Assembly: GCA_964016885.1 (NCBI GenBank)
Contig: OZ024742.1
Coordinates: 285,076,001-285,140,000, forward strand
From: Eledone cirrhosa
Taxonomy: Eukaryota
Length of the DNA: 64,000 bases
Direction: 5' to 3'
Shown here: one piece after another, positions 13,151 through 27,687 of the stretch
Layout: each line of letters starts with the position of its first letter
Numbering within the stretch: the first letter of the stretch is position 1
Notes under the pieces: generated by a model
What the model saw: only the letters and a program-made list of their open reading frames with translations
Told to the model about the DNA's origin: nothing
Database searches by the model: none
Position numbers and translations under genes: made by a program

Positions 13151-14429
13151 TGGAAATACATTATATATAGGTAGGTAGGTCCCGGCTGCATGTCTTCCTT
13201 CCTTGGGGTTATTACTAAATCTACAAAGAACAGATTATTCAACGAAGGATATACTTCAGATTTAAATAAATGTTTTTCAAAGCTTTTTATGCATTTTACA
13301 TATAAGTCCCTTTCGGTACCATATTTCTAATGAAAGATAGTGCCTGTCTTCCAAACAATTTGAAGTGATGTATTTTTATGATTAACTTTCTCATTATTAA
13401 GCTGATGTTTGAAACATAACTTAACAAAGGTTCTTACATAAAATCTTGATGGAATGTTTCTAGATAAATAGAAACATTTAAAGATAGTTTTGTATCATAG
13501 AAGCAGTAGTAGTTTTGGGCAGGTTGGTATTAAAAGGTTTAAAACTCAACCCAAGAGTGAGATCTTAAGGAATGTATTCTTTACTAATTTTACAGAAAAG
13601 GGAATAGCTCAGTTTTCCAGCTTTCCTATTTTGTTGATAGTCATATTTTTTCATTTGTTTTAGTTCAACAAATGAACTTACTTCACAATGAATTTCTAGA
13701 CTATCAAATCCTGCCAGATAAGATAATTTCCAATAATGTTTAGGATAAAGCTTTAGCTTCTGAATGTGTAGATGATGTAAATATATCAAGTGTGAATGAT
13801 TGTGATACAAATATAGAATTGATGTTTTATGAAATTATTTACAAGCTTTGTAAAGGAGTGTTGACAGAAATATTTAATTTATCTGTTTAAAATTTTAGAG
13901 ATTTTACTTGTTTGTAATCCCTCATTAATGCTACCAAAAAAAATCTTAGAAAAAATATATTATACATAATAAGCACTGGATGGTGCTGAAGTAATTGCCT
14001 TACTTTTATACACACACATATCACAATATCCACAAAAGCCTAAGTATCAAGCTAGTTCTTATATATAAAGTGCATCTGTAATTTTAAGGTTTAAAGATCT
14101 GTAATAGAAGTATGCATTATACACAAATAAAAACGGTTATGTACAAATTTACTCAAAAGTAGCCAATATCTACAAAACATTTCAATTCATACTAATTTTA
14201 TCTAACATTTCTGCAAAGAGTTTTCAGCATTTTTATTCAAGTTGTTGAAACCCTGCCAATTGTATATTTGTTTGTTTGTGGCTGTAATATTTGTTGTCAA
14301 TTTTGTGAAACACTCATTAAAAATGTTTAATTCTTTGTAACAATTGGTAAAATAAGAAATTAAGTTTTCTTGCAGTGGTATTTCAACAAAATTTTATTTT
14401 AATGGTATGAAAAAAATGTCATGTAAGTC

Positions 14430-15065
14430 TCTTCTTCTTCGCCCACTTATTCCTGTGAGGGTCATGTGAGCAGAGTCCTCAAACACTCTTTCCAGTGGTT
14501 CCTGTCAGAAGCAACTGTCTCCAACTGATCCGGGTGGATCCCCAATCGAGACCAGCCAAGCTCATGGATGTTATTCAATCATCTTGTTCGGAGTCTACCC
14601 CTGGGTCTCCTGCCAGTTGGTTTTGCCTGTAAAATCTGTCTAGCGAATCTTTCCTGGGATATTCTTACCACACACCCATAATATCAGAGCTGTGATCTCT
14701 CAATTTGGAGAAGGAACAACTCTACCTGGACCCAGCGCAGCCAACTAAATATTCACACTCCGGTAAGTCTTCGAGAAATCATGGGAGTATTGCCAAGAGG
14801 TATATTCTTGTTTTATAGACCTTGAAAAGGCATATGACTGCATTTCTCAGGATCCGCTGTGGAAGATTGAGCAGGAGTATTGGATCGATGGTCAGCTTCT
14901 TGCTGCCCTAATGACCCTATATGTATGCTTGAGTATTTGTGTTCGGATAAATGGTGCTAAATTGAAACCATTCAATGTGGGGGGTCAGACTCCACCAAGA
15001 GAATTGACATGCACAGCCAGGTTAGAAGTGGTATCATGACTAGCAGGTGTAAAATCAGTCAGCTG
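14430..15065. mobile_element. RTE (Rex3/Expander-like) fragment with an internal inversion: 3' end on minus (14430-14730), RT piece on plus (14770-15065)
   Basis: (TTC)n tail at 14430; minus strand gives RRPRGRLRTR-like text; plus strand gives CFIDLEKAYD. Confidence 0.6.
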
Positions 15066-16344
15066 GAATGTAAGTCTCTCACATGTTAATACTTGAAATT
15101 ATTTCTCTTTTTGACTAGTCGTTTTCAGGCTTTTATTTGTTTTAATATGAACTTTTTAAAAGAAGCTCCTAATTTTTTTTAAATGCATAATTAAAATGTG
15201 GTGGGGTTTAAGCAAATCTGTGCTAAAACTAAGTGGATATTATTAACATGTTGCCCTTCCTAATGCCAACCACTTCAGTGTGTATCAGGTGCATTGTATT
15301 GTGGCACTAACATTTTATTGCTTTTATTGTGACACTAACACTAAAAAGCCTCCATCATAATTCTATGTAAGAACTTTTATGCTCCAAACACCATCTTAAT
15401 GATGATAAAATTAGTTATCCTTCCAAATTCTTGATTACTTTCAAAAGGAATATAGGTTGAAGATGAAAAATGAAATTTTCAGTTCACACCTATGCAAGTT
15501 TAGCTGGTTTCCTACAAGGTTGCATCTCATAGATTTCTTAGGTATTTTGATGATAGGAGTCCTAATTCTATCATGAAAAGCAATGTGAAAAGAAGCATCT
15601 TGTTCAAGAACACAATGCACCATCCAATCCAGGTATTAAATTTGTGTCTTTATGATCAGGAGTCAAACACTCTAACCACCAGGTCACATACCTTCACTAT
15701 GAATATAGGCACAATATAATACAACAGTGACAAAAAACCTACAATTTAAGAGATGAGAAATGGATGGATCCCACAGACAGACAACAGTTTTAGAGGTTTT
15801 GATGTCAGAGTTAAGGGATTTGCTGATGTGAAGGACAGCAATATTTCTCAAAATGAGGCAGCCATAGTGATAGAGATTTCCTATAGGTATTGTTGACTGA
15901 GTTTACATACAGATATGAATAAACTACATTGGGTTTGAGAGCTCTGCTTGTCTCAGAATTGTAGGCTTAACTTTTCTGTTATCACATTTCTAATGAAAGT
16001 CAAAACCTATCATTTTCAAGTAATTTTTTGAATAATCAAGAATCTGGAAGAATTTAGTAAAATAACTTTATTTAATTGATGTTTGGAACATAAAAGTTTT
16101 TAAATAAAATTGTGATGGAAGGTTTCTAACTATAAATAACATTGTATTGTTAGCCAGGGGTGGTTTGGTATCAAAAGGATTAAATAATTTTGTAATATAC
16201 TTATTTAGGAACATACAGTTTAGAATACACTTTCTGTTTATTCATTTTACTGTCTTCGGAAGCTTGAGAATTGACCTTTTTTTTTTTTTTTCTCTTTATT
16301 TGTAATATTATGATAACGGTCAGTGAAAGGGTCAATAGTGTAAA

Positions 16345-16735
16345 ATTACACACACATGTACACCAGGTCCGAACACAGGAACCAAACTCCCACTGTCATC
16401 GCCTCCGTCCCTCCCGCCCTCCCTATTCTCACTATTATGAGCAAATGGGGTCCACGCGCTGGCTACCCCACGGCCCTGGCAGACAGAATAGAGAAGGCGT
16501 GAGGATGGTGAGGGAGATGCACTGGGGCTCAAACCTGTGGCTAGCCAGCTCTGCGCCTATAGTGGTGAATAGGGAGGTGGCCCTAGGGCCAAGGACACCA
16601 GAAGTCTCCACTGCTAGGGACTCGATTGCAAACCTGTCGAAGAGCAGCCAATATTTCAAGAGTCTCAACCCAAAGTGCAGCAGAGCTTGGGTTTACCACC
16701 ACAGGACGGGAAGATGGTCATGCTGTCTTAAAACT
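16345..16735 (-). mobile_element. CRE-clade endonuclease fragment
   Basis: ORF 16435-16668 FAIESLAVETSGVLGPRATSLF. Confidence 0.65.
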
Positions 16736-17060
16736 TAATGATTGTCCTGTGAGATAAATTGATAGAGAATCAGGTCAAGATAAAAAAAAGAACATAGAAT
16801 CACCACAAGATTGCATGATCTTAGAGAGTCTCTGATCCCTGATGTGGTAAAGGTTAGTCTTAAAACTTGTGTATTAACATTTCATTTTTTCTTTTATTTT
16901 ATAATTTCAGAGAATTTCTCACCAAAGATACATCAGTGAAGAATAGAGAGGCCTGAAGAACGACTTTTATCAAGAAATCAGTTTTATAACCTTGAAGTAA
17001 TTGATATATTTTTAAAGAATAGAATTTAACATTTGTATTTAATGAACAACAAAGAACATT

Positions 17061-18821
17061 ATGGCAAAGATTTTATGTAAGAGTGAGGTTCCTGATGAGA
17101 CAAAATCTGAGAATACGAGTTTATCTCATGAGACAAAGCAATCATATACTTGTGATGTATGTTATAAGATATTCTCTGATGTTGAAAGTTTGACTGATCA
17201 CAAATCTATCCACACAGATAAAAAGCCATATCACTGTGATATCTGTGATAAAACATTCTCACGGAAAACTGTTTTTAATCATCACACACTTACACATACA
17301 AAAGAAAAGACATGTCTGTGTGATTTTTGTGGTAAAACATTCTCGACAATTGAAAATTTATTTTTTCATAAATGTACTCCTTTAGATAAGAAACCATACC
17401 ATTGTGATATCTGTGCTAAAACATTTTCTAAAAGTCAAACATTGACTATTCATAAACGTATTCACATTAATGAAAAACCACATGAATGTGACATCTGTGG
17501 TAAAATATTCTCTAAATATGTGAATTTACGTTCTCACAAATTTACTCACTCAGGGGAGAAAACTTATCACTGCGATATCTGTGGTAAGACATTTTCTCAG
17601 AAACAATACTTGAAACGTCACAAACGTACCCACACAGGAGAAAAGCCGTATGAATGTGATATTTGTGGTAAAGGTTTTGCTGGTAGTGCAAATCTAAGTT
17701 GTCATAAACGTAAACACACTGGTGAGAAACCATACGAGTGTAACATTTGTGGTAAATCATTCTCAACAACTGGAAATTTATCTTGTCATAAACGTATTCA
17801 TTCAGATCAGAAACCATACAAATGCAATATCTGTCAAAAAGCATTTTCTCAGATGGGACATTTAACTAGCCACCAAAGTGTTCACACAGGTGAGAAACCA
17901 TACCACTGTGATGTTTGTGGCAAATCATTTTCTATAACTGGAGATTTAACTCGCCATAAACGTATTCACTCTGTTCAGAAACTATACACGTGTAATATCT
18001 GTGATAAAAAATTCACTGCAAATGATCATTTAATTTCTCATAAACTGATTCACACACAGAAACCTCAGGAGTGTGACGTCTGTGGTAAAATATTTTCTAA
18101 GAAGAGATATTTAGTTCGACACAAACATATTCACACAGGTAAAAAATACAGTTGTGATATCTGCAGTAAAGTATTCTCTGTACATGCGGATTTAACTCTT
18201 CACAAGCGTTATCACACTGGTGAGCAATTGTACCCATGTGATATCTGTGATAAGATATTTGCACTGAAAAGATATTTAGTTCGGCACAAGCATATTCATA
18301 ATGATTGGCAACTTCCCCAAGCTGATAATATTCATAAGAACCTACCTGAAAGTGAAAATTCAACTCCCTGTAAAGATATTCACACAAACAAACAACACCA
18401 GTGTGATACCTGTGGTAAAATATTTGCACAAAAGAGATACTTAATTAGGCACAAACAAATTCACACAGGTGAATATCACTGTGATGTATGTAGTAAGACA
18501 TTCTCTCAAAATGAGCATTTGACACTACACAAACGTGTTCACACAAAAGAAAAACCATATCCATGTGATATTTGTGGTAAGGCATTCTCTGCAAATAACA
18601 TTTTAACTCGTCATAAACATATCCATGCAACTGAGGGTGAAACATGTGCTAAACAATTCTCACCTAATGTTACTTCTGATATTCAGCAACAGAAAATCTC
18701 AGAAGTTTTCTCACCTGAATTGCAGCAGAGCAATCTGGACCCTTACCAGGAAAGTTCATGGAATCCTCCTAACCACAATTCTTTAACTAAGATGGATATG
18801 TTAGCAGCACACCCACTATAA
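17061..18821 (+). CDS. Multi-C2H2 zinc-finger protein, 586 aa, single coding exon; 16 intact fingers, one lacking the last His, plus degenerate ones; no KRAB or other effector domain seen
   Basis: Repeated CxxC-x12-HxxxH with TGEKP-type linkers; uninterrupted ORF; pyrimidine tract and AG acceptor at 16909-16910 upstream. Confidence 0.95.
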   Translation: MAKILCKSEVPDETKSENTSLSHETKQSYTCDVCYKIFSDVESLTDHKSIHTDKKPYHCDICDKTFSRKTVFNHHTLTHTKEKTCLCDFCGKTFSTIENLFFHKCTPLDKKPYHCDICAKTFSKSQTLTIHKRIHINEKPHECDICGKIFSKYVNLRSHKFTHSGEKTYHCDICGKTFSQKQYLKRHKRTHTGEKPYECDICGKGFAGSANLSCHKRKHTGEKPYECNICGKSFSTTGNLSCHKRIHSDQKPYKCNICQKAFSQMGHLTSHQSVHTGEKPYHCDVCGKSFSITGDLTRHKRIHSVQKLYTCNICDKKFTANDHLISHKLIHTQKPQECDVCGKIFSKKRYLVRHKHIHTGKKYSCDICSKVFSVHADLTLHKRYHTGEQLYPCDICDKIFALKRYLVRHKHIHNDWQLPQADNIHKNLPESENSTPCKDIHTNKQHQCDTCGKIFAQKRYLIRHKQIHTGEYHCDVCSKTFSQNEHLTLHKRVHTKEKPYPCDICGKAFSANNILTRHKHIHATEGETCAKQFSPNVTSDIQQQKISEVFSPELQQSNLDPYQESSWNPPNHNSLTKMDMLAAHPL

Positions 18822-19382
18822 AAGCTTCCTCATTTGTTGCTTGCATCCAACTACAAACAACAAAACACTCTGCAAACTTTTCTTTCCAATTCCCTGTTTC
18901 ACCACCACATAAATACAGTTGTTCTAAAGAAAACAGTCTGTGAAGTGTTTACCCTCTTCTCTCCTAAAACTTCTGCTTACAGCAACATCCATGCACAACC
19001 TAAATATCCCAGACAGGCCTTGTACCTCATCCTTTCTAATCCTGAACAACAGAGCCAACTAAAAGCCTCAAATGTCCATAAAAATGCTATACCTCACAGT
19101 CTTAAATGTTTTCTTGTGGTGACCTTCGCTAAACAAATTCATCCAATCTTTAATGCTCAGATTGGCGACTCTCTTCAGGAACATGTTCCTAAAAACAATA
19201 ACTTTCACATGTTGGAAGTAATCATCCACCTCATCTATCTGGAAAGGACTGACTAGTTTATAAAAGTCTCAAGCACACAACCTCTTAATTCAGATTGAAT
19301 TAATTTGTACAAGTATCCTAAATTAATCAAGTGGTGTAGATTTGGCAATAGGTAAAAACCTGGGCATCATGCATGATTCTGT

Positions 19383-19745
19383 GTGGAAAATATGAACTCT
19401 AGAAATGTTTACCCCCAAAGCTATTTCACAGGAAGACTAAATATATTCTTCTCTGTGGTATTTAATTCCTTTCATATCATTGCAAAATCTATGGTAAAAC
19501 AGTTTAAACAGACATTTAACTTGGTCACAAACATATTCACACAGTTGATAAACTATACTGTGATATACAGTGTAACATTCTCATTGAGTTCTACATTAGC
19601 CTTTCATAAACGTGATACCTATGGTAAAATATTCTTTAGGAATTATTCTAATTAGTCTCAAATATATTGACATGTCATTTAACTGGAGAAGATTGTCACA
19701 TTGAAAGAAACTCAAAAATAAATCATATGATACCTGTATGAGATG
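19383..19745 (+). pseudogene. Decayed zinc-finger-coding remnants downstream of the ZNF stop codon
   Basis: CACAAACATATTCACACAG, CATAAACGT and GATACCTATGGTAAAATATTC resemble finger codons in the upstream ORF but are frameshifted. Confidence 0.6.
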
Positions 19746-20663
19746 TACAACATAAGAATGTACAATAATTCATGGAAAATGAGTGACAATATTGTTTATA
19801 ATGCTACTGCAAAATTTTGTTATTTTAGAAAAAGGTAAAAAAATGTAATATTTTAACATTCTTGTCTAGAGTATTCTTTTTTATCATATAACAAATATAT
19901 ATTATTCAGGTCTCTTATAAAAAAAATGTTACTTTTACCTGTTACATTATTACAGTTTATTATTTTTTTGCTCTCAGGCTGACAGTAGGTTGAGGGTTTG
20001 GTTTTGTAAACTTTGTTCCAAAATGTACCACATTTTGTTTAAGCTAAGTATAAACACTATTTGTCAGGATAAGCCATTAATTTGGTCAAATCTTACTGTG
20101 AATGATAAATTTTGTGAAATAATTTGTAATTGTACTTTATATAAATATAATTATTGTTTTAAAATGTTTTGTTATTGAATTCCTAATTTACTTTTGATTA
20201 ACTTTTAAAATTTTAAACTTAGTTATTATCATAAACTGTAGACAATGAATACCATATTTTCTGTATACAAGACACCTTTTGTTTTCATATTTCCAATGAA
20301 AGACTGCTGGTGATTTCAAATGATTTTGAAAATAATCAAGAATTTAAAGGTAATATAACTTTCTCATTATTAAACTGATATTTGGAACATAACTTAACAC
20401 AAGTTTCTTACATAAAATTATGATGAAAGATTTTTAGATAAATACGAACACTTTATATCAAACTTTTGTATTGCAAACCCTGGAGTTGTTTGGTTACCTT
20501 CGGTGTATAGGATGTAGGCAGATTTTGACATCAAATTTTGGGGTAATAATACATTGAAAAACATTTTTTTTTTTTTTTTTTTTTTTGAAAAATGATTATT
20601 TCTCCTGGAATATTTTCTATAAAACTATAAAGTGCCAAAAGAAAATATATAAATGTAAAGTGT

Positions 20664-20850
20664 AACCCTTTAGCATTTGCATTACTCTATATTTTCACGG
20701 TAAACACTTTACCTCATATAATATCAAATTTATGATATTTTGATAACAATACCTTAACATCAGTTTGAGTGGCCAGTTACAGCCAGTTTGAACAGAAAAT
20801 GGTGAGAGAATTCTGGCCGGATATGGCTGGTTTAAACGCTAAAGGGATAA
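20664..20850. mobile_element. piggyBac-like MITE (family of 5876-6227)
   Basis: TAACCCTTTAGCA ... CGCTAAAGGG terminal inverted repeats. Confidence 0.75.
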
Positions 20851-23800
20851 AGAATAAATGAAATTTATAAATTTCTTGAAAATACAATGAAGATACAAAT
20901 GTTATTTTGTAAAAAATAAGTGATTTCCTTTTTGATACTTATCAAAAAGTGGGTCTCATTCTATAAAACCAAACCACTCATTTTTTAAAGGGTTCTATCT
21001 AAATTAAAATCTTCCAATTTAATTTGACTTTTGTGTTACAAATATCTTAATGATGAAATAATTAATAATTTTAGGAAATCACACAATTCTTCATTAATTC
21101 AAACACAATCTATTTCATTAGAAATATTAACGAAAGAGATAAATTTTGGCTCCATGAAAAATGTGATAACTAGATCTCTGGATAAAACGGTATTTATGTA
21201 TTGTTGGTGATACGTTTTTTTATTATCAGAAGGTCCATATGGAGTGCTGAAAAAAGTAGATGTAAGTGAAAAGACAAGAAAACAGTTAAAGTTGTGTTGT
21301 AAGCAAGGTCAGGATTAATGGGGAGTTCAATGAAGTATTAGAGATATATATTTCTCATAAAGGCTCAGACATCAACCCATTTCTTATATATTTTTATCTA
21401 TAGATGAATTCTCTTGCAAAAAATGATTTTTGTTTGAGAGTGGGGATTCATCACCATCGTTTTTACATCCTCTTTTCTATGCTTGCATGGGTTGCACAGG
21501 TTCTTTTCACCACAGTATTTTGAATAATGCTCTAACAGTTTCCCATAGTCTAGATAGCTATTTAGTCACTACTATGAAGGGTGGGCTTGATGCATTTATT
21601 GGGGAACCTGCACTACTGCTTTTCAACTAGTAAAGCTTGATTCAAAGTTGGAGTATTCAACTGAGATCTTAAAATTTGATACATTACAGAATAATTTCTA
21701 GAGCCTTTGGTATTCACATGTACAATATCTAACCAAATTTCAAAATATTCAAAGACCACAGTTTGTTTCAGCCTGGAATGAATAAACACTTGTTTTATGT
21801 ATTTTGGATTTTTTTGCAGCAACTGAAAAGGTTGACATCAGAAAGGGCATCCAACAGTAAGACATTCATAAAACATCCCAAACCATGTTAAGTGGAGACA
21901 TTTTTTTTGTAATTAATGTTCTCAATTTCTCAGTTGTTCATAAGTAATTGTCATAGTTTTACCTCTGCCTTTCCGTGTATTTACTAAAGAATTCCATTTT
22001 GCAAGTATCCAGGAATCATAATTCCTCAAATATTCGTTTTTCCTTATCTAGTTATTTGTTGCAGTTTTTTATAATCTCCTTTATGAAGTTCAGCATTCTG
22101 AGATCATTCTTCACCATATTTACCTATTGGCAGACTTTTTCACCAAACTGCTATCCCTCATATGCAGTAATGTGAGGCTGTATATTATTTTACTGTATAT
22201 ATATATTTTTTTCAAATGTAATTTCATATATTTATTTTGTTATTGTAGGTATGCTACATGTTTAAATGAAATTTCTTATTAGTTTGTGTATACAGCCAAA
22301 CACCTTCACCTAATCAATTCTCTAACAACATACAATTCACCTTAATATCCAGAACCTTGCTCTGACCACATGTAGAAAATTACTAAGTTTCCATTTTCTG
22401 CTACACAATCTTAACTCATGCCTGCCAAATCATGCTATAACACTATACAGCCCTCACTATCACATGGAATATTTCCATAGATGTTAAATGATATAGTTCA
22501 TATCAAGAAATTTTTACATATTTAATTCAATTATATAAATTTGTATAAAACTTATCCTTTAAGGTTCAATAACGCACTCCTTCTCCCTGAGGTCACCACC
22601 ATACCCAGCTGCCTAGTTGGCATTGATAGTAGTGATGGCTTTATATGTACGTCATGACTACACTGTTTGATACGGGCGATTCCACAGCACCACTTTCTGA
22701 CTGAGCCATTAAAAAGTATTAATTATGAAAGTTTTTCGTTGTTATCTGCAACCTACTCATTAACAGTCGACTATCTATTAAGACAATAGACTGTCCATTA
22801 CATTATATTTACTGGCAGTATAGTGTAGTGGGTTCTGTGAGATAAAATGTCTATTAATATAACTTTTTTTTTTTTTTTCGTCTTATGAATAAATCCTCTC
22901 TCTCTAACAATTTTCGTTTTGTTTAATGTTTTAAAATTAGGGTAGTTGGGGTTCTCTGTAAAATATAGGTATATGATCTGCGACAAAATAAGGTTGGAAA
23001 CCACTGATACTGATATAGAGTTACAGACCAGGGTAGATAACTCTAATAAAATTTTGTTTAAAAGCTACTCCATTTTACGATGTTTTGTGTAGTAAATTGT
23101 ATGTCAAAATTTTACAACCAAATAAGGAATAAAGACGTGATATGGTAAGTTGACCTTCCTTTCAAAATATGTCTTCTGGTTGTTTGTTTTTCAGTTGGAC
23201 CTAATTCTTTAGGAGATCCAGATATGAGAAGGTTTTTAATTAATCATAAAGTAGCTATGAAGTGTTATTTGGAAGATTACTAAAAAAATATTTTTCAGTT
23301 TCCCTGAATAATTCTTTTTAGATGTAAATATATTTTCATGTTAAAAACTGAGTGGAAAAACTCACACTACATCTGACACTTCTATTTTTCGTTATTGTTG
23401 ACATGTCTACAAAAACCTCGGATGGTACATGCAGTTTACTGAGACCTCATTTTTTTACTTTTTTGACTCAAGTGTTCCTGACATATCTATATAAAGGGAC
23501 AATCAACGAACACTTACTTCAGTATATAAGTTGTGAAGCAAACTCTTTAACCACACTACCATGCCTGCATCTATGTATATATATTTATAAAGTTATAAGA
23601 AAACAAGTTTGGCCAGCCTGGCCTCTTTTGAGAAAAGTCACACGATGACACAGGTAGACTTACTACTATAGTTAAATGCCTGTATCAACAGACTGAGCTT
23701 TGGATGTATACAAGGGAACAAAACATGCGTAGATGGGAACTCCAGTTCCAACATGCAGGAATTGCATATGCATAACTTCCAGGGATCTCAGAAACCTATC

Positions 23801-25004
23801 AAAGATTTTTATCAATTTTAATCCTAGTGAACATGAAGTCTGTCTGGTTCATATGATAAAATTGTCCATAGTCAATTATTTTGCAAAAGCTCAATGCAAA
23901 CTTTTTTTTTCCAGGTAAAAAGAGACCGACAACGATAATAGAAATGTGTAAAATTAGCAGTTGAAAATTGTGAACGAATACCATCCACAACCATATATAT
24001 ATATGAGAGAGAGCTAGTGGCATTGTATGTTAGATGCAAACCCCCAATTATCTATGTGAATAATTGAATTCTGGGCAGGCACAATTCATCTCAAGTCCAT
24101 TTTATTTCTCTGACAGTATAGTGTTGCAATAGTCCAGAAGATCTAGTTTCATCCCATCTTTGTTGATATTCTCATATCACCATGAGCTTCATCAGCCCAC
24201 CATCATCAATGCAACTATCTTCATTGCTAGAGGTATGTGTGCAAACTCTGAAAAAAAGATACTTTGCAGTAAAGACTATTCTCAAAAAACAACCCTTTTA
24301 TAGAATGTTTTTTATAATGCTTTTAGTTCTCACATAGGTCAATCTTTATAGTGCTGGTGATGATAACATGCATCCAGCATATTCTTTTTCTTTGTCCATT
24401 TATTCCTCACTCCCCAAGTGAGACCAGCCGAGCTTGTGGATGTTATCCAACCATCTTGCTCAGAGTCTACCCCTGATCTCCTGCCTTATACTCTGTAATG
24501 TAAATGGTTTTAGAAAGGGCATCAGGCTATAGAAAATGAAAAATAGAAGCAAGAAATGACTCTGGAAGCTGCATTGCCGACTTCATCTTTATGAAGGGCA
24601 GTAACTCTAAAGAAGAATTAATACAAAGTAGAGGGAACTCTGTAATCCAGCTTACAATGGACAACGTTTCTAGTATGTATGGTATGATAAAATGCATCCA
24701 GTACATACTGTAAAGTGGTTGGTGATAGGACATTCGGCTATTGAAAATATGCAAAAAAATGTAGGCTCTTCAAGCTGCATCACAGCTTATCCTTCTAAGA
24801 GGGCAGTACTTTCAATACAAAACAAATAAAGAGAAGAGAGTACAGGTTAATCTTCCGACTTGGAACATCCTCTCTAGTGCTAATCTACCTTAAGACATAT
24901 AAATCACCAAAGTTGGTTAGTAGTCTTTTTTTTTTTTGTGCTAGATGATGCAGACAATGAACGTAAAACAATAACTGATATGAGTCCAGATAAATTTACA
25001 TTTA

Positions 25005-25170
25005 TCATCATCATCATTTTACGTCCGCTTTTCCCTGCTTGCAAGGATGGGACGGGAACTGATTCTGGCTTGATTTCTGCAGCTGGATGCCCTTCCTAAC
25101 ACCAACCTCATTTACAGTGAGTGCTGGGTGCTTTTTTTTCCCGTGGCACCTCCACGACCACTTTGCAGTG
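25005..25170 (-). mobile_element. RTE 3' tail or RTE-tailed SINE fragment
   Basis: (CAT)n + TTTACGTCCGCTTTTCCCTGCTTGCAAGG + GGATGCCCTTCCTAACACCAACC. Confidence 0.7.
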
Positions 25171-27687
25171 GAATGGTAGGGACCCCAGTCCCTATCATCT
25201 CATTTCTACAGCTGAGTAAACTGGAGCAATGTGAAATAAAGTGTCTTGTTCAATACAGAAGTATTTATAGTTCATAGATTAGTTAAAATTAGGGTAGTTG
25301 CATAATAAATTCTAAATTTGTTTTTAGATTTATTGAATCAATTTTATGGATATATATATATTTACTTTCGAAAATGGAAAAAATTTATTATTTGTTGATT
25401 TTAGAGCAAATTACATACTTATAAATCAAATTATCTCAACAGGTACCTACTATTGTGGCACAGCTCACTGACTATATGTATTTCTATTTACATATATTCA
25501 ACCTTTACTAGCATTTGTTTCTTTTGGAAATCCTAAATGTTATACATCTCAAAATACATAATTTTAATTGTTGAATTTCCAGATCAAAAATTCAAAATCA
25601 TGACTGTAAACATACATTGTATTAATAACATTCACAAAAACACTTCTAATTCTTAGACTTAATTCACAACCGAGGTTCTGGTTCACACTGACACATTACA
25701 TTTTAGTTTGGAATATTCTATGCCTCTAATCGTTAGTGTAGAACATTTGCACTGATATCGTTTGTTGAGCCCCTCCTTTCTTAAACATTTTCCCAGTCTA
25801 CCTTTACCTTTTATAGGCCTATGACCATGATAATGTTATGCCTGCTTTCCATGCTGGCTGGATATGTTGTCATAGTCTGAGATTAAACAGGTTGGAGTGA
25901 TCTCATTTTCCTTATACATCCCATATATAGCATGGCTTCCATGGCTGGATGCTCTTCCTAACACCACCCACCTTACAGTGTGTACTGGGTGTTTAATATG
26001 GTACCTGCACTTACTTTTTATAGTGTGTACTGAGTGCATTTTACCATAACACCAGCATTAGAGAGCTTGTCAAATACTCGACCATACTAGAGTTCTTTTT
26101 ATTCAATATTGTCTTCATTTGATCACTAACCACTTTACAGGGTGTACTGATAGCATTTTATAGTGGCATATCTACTGTACTACTCCACCCTCATCTGATC
26201 TCCACTCTATATTTGGTTTGTAGCTCATAGCAGATTGTTCTATACAAGCTCTCTGTTGTCTCGTTTCTCTTCTTCCTTCTCACCATAAATGTCACCTAGT
26301 ATTTCTATGAACTTCTGTAAAGATGGAAGATTTTGCAACTTCCTCTCCCGATTATCTAACCCTTACCCTGATGTCATTAATCACTAGTGTGAGTATTATA
26401 TTCTTCCCAGGAAAAAGAAACCAGTTTTTTGTTCTGTTGCCTAGTGAACATGATGTCTGTCTGGTTCCTATGTTCATCCCTATGTTCAGCTCAGATGGCT
26501 GGTGGGTTTTCTGAAATATGTGCTACAAATGTTTGACCATTTGCATCACACAACTCCAAGAGCTTTGATTCCTTTTTATTTCTTGTACAATTGACATAGA
26601 CATTGTGATCATGAAAATACCCATACCAATTTTGCCAAACATATCCGTTAAAGACATCAGCCATGAAATGAGATTGTCATTATCTGTTTTCAAAGTAGTC
26701 TACAAGATGGATAGTCTCTGCAAACGAAGAAACTTTTTCTAATTAGCACAAATGGTTGAACTATTTTTAGAACATATTAAGCAAATTCCATCAGTTTTTG
26801 TTGGATATAAAATCAGATTGAGATAAGACAGGAGTGGACAGTTCTGGAAGAGTTAATCTGCAAACAGAAAATATATTTCTGTGTACCAGAAGAAAACACT
26901 ACTAAATATAATTAATGATCTAGACAAACATCAATTGAAATGTAATAAACAGTTGAGTCCAAATCTAACTTTACTTAAAGCAGTGGTACTCAAAGAAAGC
27001 ACTGGGGGTTTGTGAGCTTGTTGAGTAGACAGACCTTTCAAAATCCTTGGGTCCATAGGAAAATTCATTGAAATAAACATGATCCATTGTACTGAAATGG
27101 TTGTGAACCACTAATGTAAAGATTTCGAAATATTACTACTTTTCAATGGTCACTGCAGAGAATTCTAGCACAAGTAATACACCTTTTTTATGAACAATGT
27201 CCAAATCAGTGAATTACTTGCCATTCAACAGTGATCCACCCCATGCAGAATGTCCCCTCAATAATCCAATACAAACAGTTGACAGAAGTAACTATGTTGT
27301 TCTAATAATTTAAAGAAAACAATTACCTTCTATCTATGAACTATAAATACTTATGTGGCATTAACAATTTTAAACACCATTACTCTGACTTAAGTTTTCT
27401 TTATTATGAATATTTTCAATGACTAGAAGTGGGGTTGGGGAAGAGAGATAGCGAGTGCTGTGTTTATTTCTATATTGTGTTCTACTTCCATGTTTATACT
27501 GTCACCTTATTGCATCTTTTCCTTTATCATTTGTGGCAATGGCCTAAATACAAAAATAGACAGCATTCTTATCTAACACTCACAAAGTAAATTTGATTCA
27601 CAGGAGTAATTTTAGGATCATCAGAACTGTCTGTTACAGAGATCCAAAATCCTTCTATTTTTTACCCCTGTACAATGTTACCTAGAG

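Noticed and set aside
17542-18645. Minus-strand ORFs overlapping the ZNF gene
   Set aside because: Antisense shadows of repetitive finger codons with no recognisable protein
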